A stretch of DNA of 64,000 nt from a virus. Location: the IMG/VR virus record IMGVR_UViG_3300027509_000012, one strand, 5' to 3'. A program made the position numbers and the translations under genes. This document shows, in pieces, positions 9,932 through 18,680 of the stretch. Positions within the stretch are counted from its first letter, which is position 1. The number at the start of each line of letters is the position of its first letter. The notes below the pieces were generated by a model. The model was given only the letters and a program-made list of their open reading frames with translations. It did not search any database and was not told where the DNA came from.

Positions 9932-10438
9932 TTACAGACTACAAATTTCTGCTAAGGTTTCTGTGAATCCAATTAGAGAATATTTACCACCCATAGTGAC
10001 CGAACCAATTTCACGGTCAGATACAAGTACAATCATTTCTTTACCTATCTTCATTTTCTCTAAAAGAACATCATAACTTTGTGTTGGTAAATCCGTTTCA
10101 ACGTCTTCGTCCAATTGCTTTCTTGTCAGCATTATAATACCATCTTGTGTAGAAGTTATAACAACTTCATTTGTTTCATCGACTGATATTACAGTTGCCG
10201 AAACATCATTTTTCATTACGCTGTTGGTGCGGTCAATTAAGAATATTTTTACATCATCATCTTCATATCCACATCCAAGAGCTAAATCCATTCTCGGTGT
10301 TGGTGTAAGCGGTACTGTCATGATTACATTTACACCGCTTTCTAATGTTAGACTAGTCCAATCATCTATAGCTTGTGCAGCGCCTGCAAATAAACCAGTA
10401 ATTGATAATAAAGCTATCGTCCGTATAGTTTTGTTCAT
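9932..10438 (-). CDS. Exported protein, paralogue of 7630..8124
   Basis: Signal peptide ending AQA; GGKYSLIGFTE...C. Confidence 0.75.
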   Translation of the reverse strand: MNKTIRTIALLSITGLFAGAAQAIDDWTSLTLESGVNVIMTVPLTPTPRMDLALGCGYEDDDVKIFLIDRTNSVMKNDVSATVISVDETNEVVITSTQDGIIMLTRKQLDEDVETDLPTQSYDVLLEKMKIGKEMIVLVSDREIGSVTMGGKYSLIGFTETLAEICSL

Positions 10439-10525
10439 ATGTTATCCTATATTTAATTAAACTTAACTCGTATTCTATCACGATAGACGCATAAATACTA
10501 GTCAATATTAAAATAGGAGAATATT

Positions 10526-10657
10526 ATGTTTTTTGGACTTATAGTTGGATTTGCGGCGGGATTTTATTACAGTAAGAAAAGCGCTCAAGTTAATGCACTA
10601 ATTAAAGAAAAATGGGCAGCATTTAATAACAAGGTTGACTCAACTGACGTTGAATAA
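10526..10657 (+). CDS. Small membrane protein (43 aa), late
   Basis: ATAAATA, AGGAG, then MFFGLIVGFAAGFYY... Confidence 0.6.
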   Translation: MFFGLIVGFAAGFYYSKKSAQVNALIKEKWAAFNNKVDSTDVE

Positions 10658-10660
10658 TTT

Positions 10661-10676
10661 TGTGAACTAGTTCACA
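10661..10676. promoter_or_regulatory. Perfect CRP-type box
   Basis: TGTGA-ACTAGT-TCACA upstream of TATAAT 10700-10705. Confidence 0.7.
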
Positions 10677-10711
10677 TTTCTTTAAAGCGGATTATATAGT
10701 ATAATTTGCTT

Positions 10712-11062
10712 ATGGGAAATCAAGAAGTAAAAGATATATTAGATTCATTAAAAACAAATCCCGATTATTTAACTGAGATGTTTAATGATAAAGAAGTGGA
10801 TTATATTATTCATTATGTAACTGGTGAGGTTCAATTAAATATTTTAGAAGTTGGAAAATTAGAAGCTTCTGATATTATAGGTCATCCATTTGTTAGATCT
10901 GTTGTATGGTTCTTTTATGATCTTAGTGGGGATCGTGAAAATGTAATGACTCGACATAAAGGTGTAGCCGATAAAGCCATTAAAGAAATAATAGATACTA
11001 ATAAACCTGTTATTATTTCTGCTCATTTATCAAAACAATTAACCGCATTAGATAAGATATAA
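10712..11062 (+). CDS. Hypothetical protein (LxxI family), probably leaderless
   Basis: TATAAT, 6 nt, ATG; ends TALDKI. Confidence 0.7.
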   Translation: MGNQEVKDILDSLKTNPDYLTEMFNDKEVDYIIHYVTGEVQLNILEVGKLEASDIIGHPFVRSVVWFFYDLSGDRENVMTRHKGVADKAIKEIIDTNKPVIISAHLSKQLTALDKI

Positions 11063-11087
11063 AAGGGACATATAAATGTCCCTTTTT
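11061..11087. terminator. Bidirectional terminator
   Basis: AAAAGGGACA/TGTCCCTTTT. Confidence 0.8.
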
Positions 11088-11111
11088 GTTTTCAGTATTA
11101 AAATTATTTGT

Positions 11112-12752
11112 TTAGAAATATTTATCAGCAAAATCGTTGAAATCATCAATAGTACCGCGCATACCCAAGATGTAAACTAACTCAACCGAATCAGAAAAAT
11201 CAACTAAATTTTTCTTATACATTTTGCTTAAAGCGAACTTCCATTGATCACCATACTTTGTATTGTATGCTTTGTTCAAAAATGCTGTACCATTTTCTTG
11301 CTTGAACTTAGGTGAACGACCACCCTTACCAAGATTAATACCAAGACCACCATTGTTACCATTACCAATAGTAATATAAATACCAAGATCTTTAATAAAG
11401 TTCATATTAGATGGTTTTGTTTTCTTTTCATTAAAAGCCTGTACACCAAACGAATGTTGAACAACTTTAACATTCTTTCGTTGTGCATCAGGAATGTTTC
11501 TCAACACATCAGCAGTAAAATCAGCAGGACCACCTTCGGCGACCCACACCGTACCGCCACCATTCAATGTCTGTTTCCAAATGCTAGTTACTGTTGCGAC
11601 AGTTTGTGACCATGCTGCGTGTGCATCCATTGTTTCAGGGAATAGAGATTTACAGTGTTCAGTACTTCCTTCAATGATTTCGGTATTCTCCCAAGATCTA
11701 GTTCCATTAATTACAATGTAATTTACTTTGGGAAGTGCATCAAGGATAAGTTTGTTTGCAATCATTGCTTGTAAATCATCTGGATCCATCGAAGAATCAA
11801 AATGCATTGAAATAAGATCATTTGCTTTATATACAGATGAAGTATACTCACCATCAGTATTAGTAGTAGTTTCAACTGGAGCGGAAACATCAGTACCTGC
11901 TTTTATAGAAGGACTTCGCAATTCAAGACCTCTGATTTCTGCATGGACAGATCGACCAATCATTTCAAGTGTATAAGTGCCTGCTTTGCTGATAGTAAAT
12001 TTGTTTTGTGCATGTGAGCCATCAATTTCAGCAGCGGTTGTTTGGTTCCACTGACCACCACCATTGAAGTAATGCTTTCGTAAATCAAAAACACCATTCA
12101 TTTTAAACCAAACGTCATTTCCTAAATCATGACGGCCAGCGATTAATGTTGCTGCACGACCTTCAAGTGCTAACGTGTAATCTCCAGCAGGAAGTTTAAG
12201 TGTATATTTAATTATACCTACAGTATCTAATGTATCATTCTTTTTCAAGAATCTATTAGCGCCAGTCCATTTAATACCATCAGCAGTTTGAACCCAACCA
12301 CCACCAATAAATTGACCTGAATTTAGATCGATTTTAACAACGCCGTTTGATACTTGTCCACCAGTAGTATTAGTTGATGGAGTAGATGGTGTTGATGGGT
12401 TAGATGGTGTTACTGGAGTTACCACTCCATTTAAATCAGATGCACTAAAATTCTTACTGGCTGAATAAAATGAACCATTAACTGGATCAGTATCTTTTGG
12501 ATTTGATCCGTATACTTTTTTATATCCTGCTCGTGCTTCTGCCAGAGTTGCTGCTTTAAAAAATTTAATTCCATTAGCTTCGAACGCTGGTGAATCTACG
12601 GGATCAGGTGTTGGAACTACCACAGGATCTGGAGTTGGTTCATGCTCTGATACGTCTGGTGCTGCCTTTAAAGAAGACAACGTATTAGTTATATTTGCTA
12701 TTGACTTTACAATTTCGTCAAGTTGTTCTTTTGTAATCGTAACATTACTCAT
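11112..12752 (-). CDS. Modular protein: N-terminal helix, PT linker, carbohydrate-binding-like beta domain and nucleoside-hydrolase-like domain
   Basis: PTPDP linkers; HFDSSMDPDDLQA and VWVAEGGPADFTA motifs. Confidence 0.6.
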   Translation of the reverse strand: MSNVTITKEQLDEIVKSIANITNTLSSLKAAPDVSEHEPTPDPVVVPTPDPVDSPAFEANGIKFFKAATLAEARAGYKKVYGSNPKDTDPVNGSFYSASKNFSASDLNGVVTPVTPSNPSTPSTPSTNTTGGQVSNGVVKIDLNSGQFIGGGWVQTADGIKWTGANRFLKKNDTLDTVGIIKYTLKLPAGDYTLALEGRAATLIAGRHDLGNDVWFKMNGVFDLRKHYFNGGGQWNQTTAAEIDGSHAQNKFTISKAGTYTLEMIGRSVHAEIRGLELRSPSIKAGTDVSAPVETTTNTDGEYTSSVYKANDLISMHFDSSMDPDDLQAMIANKLILDALPKVNYIVINGTRSWENTEIIEGSTEHCKSLFPETMDAHAAWSQTVATVTSIWKQTLNGGGTVWVAEGGPADFTADVLRNIPDAQRKNVKVVQHSFGVQAFNEKKTKPSNMNFIKDLGIYITIGNGNNGGLGINLGKGGRSPKFKQENGTAFLNKAYNTKYGDQWKFALSKMYKKNLVDFSDSVELVYILGMRGTIDDFNDFADKYF

Positions 12753-12779
12753 TTAGTTCTCCGTTGGTGAGTTTTGATC

Positions 12780-12791
12780 ATAAATATTTAT
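12780..12791. promoter_or_regulatory. Palindromic bidirectional late promoter
   Basis: ATAAATATTTAT reads ATAAATA on both strands between divergent genes. Confidence 0.6.
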
Positions 12792-12808
12792 CTTAGGAGA
12801 TAATATTT

Positions 12809-13960
12809 ATGATCATATTAACACAAGAAACAGTAGAAGATTTAATTAAAAGTCTTAATCAATTGAGTGATTTACTTAAATCATTAAGTAATACTGAAGA
12901 AGAACCAGATCCTACTGTAGCGCCAGAACCAACACCGGACCCTGTGGTTGTCCCTTTTCCTCCTGCGCATCACAAGGGTGTTGAAGTAGCAACAATTGCC
13001 GAATTTAATGCAGCAGTTGCGAATGCAAATAAAAACAGAACTAATGGTATAGCCCATATTAATTTAACACAAGATATTGCACATCGTGGACAGCAGGTAT
13101 TAATTCAGACTGCAAAGAAAGTTACTGTTAATGGAAGCAAATTTAAATTTCATCGAAAGCAAGATCAATATGGCAATCATATGTTTCATATGTTGGGGTG
13201 TGAAGATTTTAAATTTAGTGCAGTTGGTTTCGATGATAATAATGATGGTAAGTTTGGAAAAGTTGGAAATGGAAATACCAAACACATGATTTGGGTTAGA
13301 AACTCAAAAAATATTGATTTTGATGATACTGTTGTTGAAAACGCCAAAGGATATACTTTGTATATTCAAGATGTAGACGGTTTTTCATTCACTAATAGTG
13401 AAATGTTAAATGCTGGAATTCTTGGTTTGTATGTTGGACATGATAACCAGTATAGTGAACGGGTTGTTATTGAAGATAATCACTTCCATGATAATGCAAC
13501 AAACGCGATAGCTTTACTTGGTGTAGCTGGTGGTACTCAAAATATAGTTAGAAATAATTTGTTCGAACGAAACCATATTTACGGTCGATGGGCAGTAGCA
13601 CCACAATATGGAACTGGTTTCACTGGTGGAGGGCAATTATATATTGCACAAGCTGATAATCTACTCGTTGAGAAAAATAAAATTTATGATGGTAAATGTC
13701 TAAACGGTTATCATAGATTAAATAACTCTAAAAATGGTGATGTTTCAGGTATCGAGCTAAGTGAAAATAAGAGTGATCGAGTTCGAGTTAAAAACACTAT
13801 TATTCGATATAATGATATCAGAGATAACGATGGTCATAAAATAGCTCAAAACGTGTTATCTATTCTTGACAGTACAACTGAAATTTATGGCAATACTGGT
13901 ACTGGAAATGGACACAATGATCGAATCGTTGTTAAAGAAGGTCAAGCAAAAGTATCTTAA
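12809..13960 (+). CDS. Right-handed beta-helix (pectin-lyase-like) putative depolymerase
   Basis: Repeats such as IEDNHFHDN, VRNNLFERN, IRYNDIRDN; AGGAG SD. Confidence 0.75.
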   Translation: MIILTQETVEDLIKSLNQLSDLLKSLSNTEEEPDPTVAPEPTPDPVVVPFPPAHHKGVEVATIAEFNAAVANANKNRTNGIAHINLTQDIAHRGQQVLIQTAKKVTVNGSKFKFHRKQDQYGNHMFHMLGCEDFKFSAVGFDDNNDGKFGKVGNGNTKHMIWVRNSKNIDFDDTVVENAKGYTLYIQDVDGFSFTNSEMLNAGILGLYVGHDNQYSERVVIEDNHFHDNATNAIALLGVAGGTQNIVRNNLFERNHIYGRWAVAPQYGTGFTGGGQLYIAQADNLLVEKNKIYDGKCLNGYHRLNNSKNGDVSGIELSENKSDRVRVKNTIIRYNDIRDNDGHKIAQNVLSILDSTTEIYGNTGTGNGHNDRIVVKEGQAKVS

Positions 13961-13964
13961 AATA

Positions 13965-13992
13965 AATTCCCCCGTTTAAAAGCGGGGGAATT
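13965..13992 (+). terminator. Hairpin terminator
   Basis: AATTCCCCCG/CGGGGGAATT. Confidence 0.65.
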
Positions 13993-14003
13993 CCTACCAT
14001 TAA

Positions 14004-14019
14004 TGTGATCTAGTTAACA
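14004..14019. promoter_or_regulatory. CRP-like box
   Basis: AATGTGATCTAGTTAACATT versus consensus AATGTGATCTAGATCACATT. Confidence 0.6.
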
Positions 14020-14127
14020 TTAATTATTAAATCTACAGCCGATCTGACTGTAGATGGTGTAACTACTTCTATACCATTTGAGTTTACTGCTACTGAATAA
14101 ATTAAATTTTTAGTAGTATCTGAATAG

Positions 14128-14154
14128 AAAAGGCACTCGATTGAGTGCCTTTTT
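14128..14154. terminator. Intrinsic terminator
   Basis: AAAAGGCACTC/GAGTGCCTTTTT. Confidence 0.8.
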
Positions 14155-14198
14155 GTTTTTGTGTTATAGTGTGAATTTAAAAGTAGGAGAAAATTAAA

Positions 14199-14552
14199 TT
14201 GAATTTTGATGATATGCCAGATGAAGTTTATAAAATGTGTGTCAATGGTGCGTTAATTGTAGGCTCTAGAGCCATTGTAGCGATGGGAGAAGATGGAAAC
14301 CCTGATGATTGGGATTTGATTGTTCCACCAGAAAAATGGCACTCAATAGCTTTAATCATCCCAAACACAGCAACACCAAATAGTTTTGGTGGGTGGAATT
14401 TTGAAGTTTCAGATTACACTAAGGTATATGTTGATGTTTGGCCTGATACTGTTCAACGATATTTAACGAATTTTAAAAGTGATGTATATTATCAAGGCTA
14501 CGTACTGGATTTTTTAACCAACCGATATTATTCGTCTGGTGTCATTACTTGA
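14199..14552 (+). CDS. Putative minimal nucleotidyltransferase
   Basis: IVGSRA...DDWDLIV...VDVW Pol-beta-fold motif. Confidence 0.55.
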   Translation: MNFDDMPDEVYKMCVNGALIVGSRAIVAMGEDGNPDDWDLIVPPEKWHSIALIIPNTATPNSFGGWNFEVSDYTKVYVDVWPDTVQRYLTNFKSDVYYQGYVLDFLTNRYYSSGVIT

Positions 14553-15414
14553 TTTGAATATAAAAGACCAAGTAGCATTTAAGGAAAATGGTATTTGGCG
14601 GTTTGGTCAAGTTATGAACATAGACAATTTGATTGTAACAGTCGTGTCTTATGGTGAAATATTAAAAATACAATTGGAAAATATTTCTAATATTACAGAT
14701 ATAATTAATAATTGGGATAAAGATGAGTTATTATAAAAACGATATTGTTAAATTTGAATATATTTCAAAAGACCAATACTATGCACATACTCGTAGCACA
14801 CATGTTGAATATGGAGAGATTCTTCATACGGAAGGTTATTATTATTTAATCAACAATTCGTATAGAGTGGTCAGAAAAGTTCATGGTAGATGCATTGTAC
14901 AAATATTAGAATCAGTAAAATTCGATAAACACTTGGATAAATTAAATGATTTATAACATCGACGATATTGTTTGTTCATTTGATGGTACATTTGTTCATG
15001 GAAAAATTATTGGTTATGATAATAAACATCAAACATATGCTGTAATGTGGGATGAGAAAACATACGATTATAAAAAATCTAATGAAGAAATGTATGGGTG
15101 GACAGACAACACATTAATTCATTCCAATTTTATTAAAGTGGTTAATGAATTAGATGAAATATAAAGTTGGTGATGTATTGAAATATGCTGGATTTGTTTA
15201 TCATGAACAAAATGGTATAAGAGAATTAATTGCTTCTACTGTAGTAGTTAAAGAAATAATAGATAACAAAACAATTAAGGTTGATTGTTATTCTTATTCT
15301 AATAATAAACAATATGTACTTAATGAATATGACGATTGGGATATTTCAATTGACTACAGTGATTTCATTTTTTCACTAACCGACAAAAATATAGAAGAAT
15401 TGATGAGTATTTAA
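14539..15414 (+). CDS. Four overlapping small SH3-like ORFs (14539-14736, 14723-14956, 14946-15164, 15154-15414)
   Basis: YKVGD/YNIDD-type starts; three end in LxxI/L. Confidence 0.65.
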
Positions 15415-15490
15415 TATGAAGAAAAAATTAGATTATCGTATATTTAGTGTTGTTTCAAGTGTAAGGCTTACTAAGTTGGAAACTATATAA

Positions 15491-15922
15491 ATGTTCACGA
15501 TAGATAAATTCGATGGTGATTACAGATGGTTGAGTAATTTCTATCCTACTGAAGTTACATATGAAGATATCAAGTACCCAACGGTTGAGAATGCTTATCA
15601 GGCAGCGAAAACACTTGATATACAGCAACGTGTACCATTTGAAATAATGACTCCTAGTGGAGCTAAGGCTGCGGGGAGAGCGCTTGTAATGCGCAAGGAT
15701 TGGAATTCAGTTAAATTGCATGTCATGAATCAATTAGTTTTTCAAAAATTCATGTTTAATGAAGATTTAAAAGAAAAATTAATGGAAACTGAAAACGATA
15801 TGATCGTTGAGGGGAATACTTGGAATGATACATTCTGGGGAGTATGCGAAGGTGAAGGTGAAAATCACTTGGGCCAATTAATAATGCAGACTCGAAATAT
15901 GATTCGGGCGTTTGGTTACTAA
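15491..15922 (+). CDS. NADAR (YbiA-like) protein
   Basis: WLSNFY...TVENAYQAAK...EGNTWNDTFWG...GENHLG. Confidence 0.92.
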   Translation: MFTIDKFDGDYRWLSNFYPTEVTYEDIKYPTVENAYQAAKTLDIQQRVPFEIMTPSGAKAAGRALVMRKDWNSVKLHVMNQLVFQKFMFNEDLKEKLMETENDMIVEGNTWNDTFWGVCEGEGENHLGQLIMQTRNMIRAFGY

Positions 15923-15936
15923 ATTAAGGAACTGAA

Positions 15937-16182
15937 ATGATAACCTATAATCTCGGTGATACTCTGTTGATTGATGATGGTGTTGGTTGGAATGGGGGTA
16001 CATTATACATTTATGTTGGTGAAACAACAGTAGATGATGGAGTAGGGTTAGTTTGTGTTGAGCCTGAAAAATTCAATGCTGATGTCACCTACAAACTCAA
16101 TCATAAAGATGTAACCAAATTTGCATTATATAGATTAATGAAAAATATTACTGATGATACTAAAGAGTTGGATAAAATCTAA
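15937..16182 (+). CDS. Small protein (LxxI family)
   Basis: YNLGD; ends KELDKI. Confidence 0.65.
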   Translation: MITYNLGDTLLIDDGVGWNGGTLYIYVGETTVDDGVGLVCVEPEKFNADVTYKLNHKDVTKFALYRLMKNITDDTKELDKI

Positions 16183-16183
16183 A

Positions 16184-16594
16184 TTAAATTTGTATTAATT
16201 TATTAGATGATTCTATCAAAGTTCTTGTTTTAAGTATCTCACTATCAATATAAAAAATAAAATCATCATCAGCAAATATAAATTCACCAGTTGATATCTT
16301 ATCGGCATCATATCGGTGTGGTAATTTCAATTCAACTTCTTCACATTTGCTACCATATTTAATTTTAAATGCATACCTGTCCGAATTTAATTTCAAAATA
16401 TCATCAACTTCTTTAACCATTGATCGAATATTGCCAGTAGCTGGCTCATGTACAGTATGTGTATTACTTCCAAAGAACTGGATTATTATTGTGTCACCCA
16501 CTCGCACATCATGGTAATTAATTTTCTCAAAACCATCAATCATCTCAATATACCTAGAATTAATTTTATAGTGTTTATTATACACCGAATTCAT
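16184..16594 (-). CDS. Hypothetical protein (LxxI family)
   Basis: VRVGD; ends NKLIQI. Confidence 0.65.
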   Translation of the reverse strand: MNSVYNKHYKINSRYIEMIDGFEKINYHDVRVGDTIIIQFFGSNTHTVHEPATGNIRSMVKEVDDILKLNSDRYAFKIKYGSKCEEVELKLPHRYDADKISTGEFIFADDDFIFYIDSEILKTRTLIESSNKLIQI

Positions 16595-16641
16595 TATTAA
16601 ATAAATAAGTAAACTGCTTTTAATTAATACTGGAACAATTA

Positions 16642-17496
16642 ATGTTATTATCTGAGATACATGATCAAGAAAAAATAAACCGCCAGAAGAAGGTGGAAGA
16701 TTTTGCTGCTAAAGTAGCCAAATACTTACGCAAAAATCCAGATCAATCTGATATAGTTTCTAAAATGTTGGGGGTAGAAATTAGAGTACGAAGCAATAAG
16801 CCAGTGGCGATGGGCGATCTTAAATTAGAAAGTTCATTTAAAAGTGGTCTGAGTGATGTAGTTAAGAATTCAAAAACTGATTATGCTCGTGATGAAAGTC
16901 CACTAGAAAAATCGGTTCCGGTTAAGAAAAAGCTAAAACCAAAATCACCTGAAGCTTTGAAATATACCATATCAAAGCATGGAAAGAAAACACTAATAAA
17001 ACAGCAGTTTGCACCAGACGAGCCTGAAAGACAACCAGCAAAACCAAAAAGCGCTGGTTTGGCTGATAGAGATAAAGAGTTCTATGGTAAATTCTTTAAT
17101 AAAAAATCTGGTATTGATCCTGAAATAGATTTAGGAAATCCCGATGAAGAATCAGTAATTCCAAATAATGATAAAGAATCAGTGACTCCTGATGTAAAAA
17201 AGAAAGGTAGATTTGCTCGCTTTAAAGATTTCACCAAACAATCATTTAATGATGGTAGAAGTGAGGTTTTAGATAAACATGCTGCCAAGCAAGCTGAAAA
17301 AGAGTCTGCTCGTAAAGCTCAACAAGCAAATCCAGAAATTTCTGGTGGTGATGCTCCAGTAGATGATAATTATGATTCTGGTAATCAAGCAACTGAGTTG
17401 AATAACACCACCTCAAAGATATCCACAATTGTGGGACGATTAACACCAGAAGAAAAGAAAGTAGTTGCAAACTCTGTTGCTTATCTAGTAAGGTAA
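16642..17496 (+). CDS. Charged late protein, possible internal head protein
   Basis: MLLSEI start; ATAAATA upstream. Confidence 0.65.
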   Translation: MLLSEIHDQEKINRQKKVEDFAAKVAKYLRKNPDQSDIVSKMLGVEIRVRSNKPVAMGDLKLESSFKSGLSDVVKNSKTDYARDESPLEKSVPVKKKLKPKSPEALKYTISKHGKKTLIKQQFAPDEPERQPAKPKSAGLADRDKEFYGKFFNKKSGIDPEIDLGNPDEESVIPNNDKESVTPDVKKKGRFARFKDFTKQSFNDGRSEVLDKHAAKQAEKESARKAQQANPEISGGDAPVDDNYDSGNQATELNNTTSKISTIVGRLTPEEKKVVANSVAYLVR

Positions 17497-17501
17497 AGAC
17501 T

Positions 17502-17560
17502 ATGAAAAAATTTATTTTAGGAAATTGGTTCCATTAGTTTAATTTAAACTAGGAGAACCA
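17502..17560 (+). promoter_or_regulatory. Leader ORF MKKFILGNWFH-TAG overlapping an SD-sequestering hairpin
   Basis: AAGGT SD; TAG at 17535; hairpin 17526-17560 covers AGGAG. Confidence 0.55.
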
Positions 17561-17561
17561 A

Positions 17562-18098
17562 ATGATCGAAGTATACAAATCAATAACCGCTGGACACCCA
17601 CGGTTAGTTGAATTCTATGATAATTTTGAAGATTTCTTCAGAATTAATTCTGAAGCCATTATTAAATCTCAATATGGCTACACACAAGACCAAATATTTT
17701 ATAATGATTCGCCTTTCTGGGGAGAAAATCCTAGAATGTATCCTGCTGGATATGTTAAAGTTGCTTATGTGGATGGTAAGCCTGTCACACCCGATTATTT
17801 AATTGGATTGGAGCGTAAAATTGGTTTTTACTCCACACAAGTTAGAAAAAAACGTTGGAAAAAACGAATTTTTCAGCGTAGACAGGGACAGACAACCCCA
17901 TGTTATGGTGGTTCCAGACGCCCACAATATCACAATGAACTAAGAAACAATGTTATTGTGGATGAATTAGAACCTCCAATTCGTGGATCGCGTAAAGCAT
18001 TAATGGAATTAAATGATTGGTGGAATGAATTTCCATCTCATGCTGAAAAGAACTGGAAGCATTACAGAAAAACACAATGGAAGACTCGTGATATTTAA
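17562..18098 (+). CDS. Basic hypothetical protein
   Basis: C-terminus IRGSR...WW...KNWKHYRKTQWK; AGGAG SD. Confidence 0.8.
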   Translation: MIEVYKSITAGHPRLVEFYDNFEDFFRINSEAIIKSQYGYTQDQIFYNDSPFWGENPRMYPAGYVKVAYVDGKPVTPDYLIGLERKIGFYSTQVRKKRWKKRIFQRRQGQTTPCYGGSRRPQYHNELRNNVIVDELEPPIRGSRKALMELNDWWNEFPSHAEKNWKHYRKTQWKTRDI

Positions 18099-18339
18099 AG
18101 TTGGTGATGAAGTTGAATTTGATTTTGAAGATGCTACTGGTGGCATGTATGGCTATACAAACTTAGTGCATGGGTGCGCTATAGTTGAATCAGTAGATTA
18201 TAAAACTTATACTGTTACATTACATAACTTTCAAGATGGACAATATGAAGGTTATGAAGGTATGGAAATACCAATGAAACATATTACTTGGAATTTTGAA
18301 TTTCTTGATCGTATTGTTATTCCACTGGAAAATTTATGA
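18088..18339 (+). CDS. Small SH3-like protein (LxxL family)
   Basis: GTG start, IFKVGD; ends IPLENL. Confidence 0.65.
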   Translation: MIFKVGDEVEFDFEDATGGMYGYTNLVHGCAIVESVDYKTYTVTLHNFQDGQYEGYEGMEIPMKHITWNFEFLDRIVIPLENL

Positions 18340-18506
18340 ATAAGATAAAAAGTATTTTCTTATATATTAAAAATAAATTTTTTGGGTCTAATGGTACTGA
18401 AAATTTTGATGGCAACGCATTCTTTGACCATTTAATAGATGAAATAAAAGAAGGTAAAACCAAAGAAAGAATGGATCCAATCGTGGATGAATTAGACGAT
18501 ATATAA
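18336..18506 (+). CDS. 56-aa protein (LxxI family)
   Basis: Manual translation; ATGA overlap; ends VDELDDI. Confidence 0.6.
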   Translation: MNKIKSIFLYIKNKFFGSNGTENFDGNAFFDHLIDEIKEGKTKERMDPIVDELDDI

Positions 18507-18507
18507 A

Positions 18508-18550
18508 TGTGAACTTCGTCACATTAAAAATTAATTATTAATTGTATAAT
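18508..18550 (+). promoter_or_regulatory. Class II CRP-type promoter upstream of the RNA ligase
   Basis: TGTGA-ACTTCG-TCACA centred -41.5 from TATAAT 18545-18550. Confidence 0.65.
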
Positions 18551-18680
18551 ATGAAAACTAAAACACCAACAAAAATATCGCAACAAGCAAGAGAAGAAAA
18601 TATAAAACGTGCTGTTGCCATTACCAACAAATGGCCTGACTGGAAAAAGAATTACCAGTTAACTAAGTGGAAAAACAACA

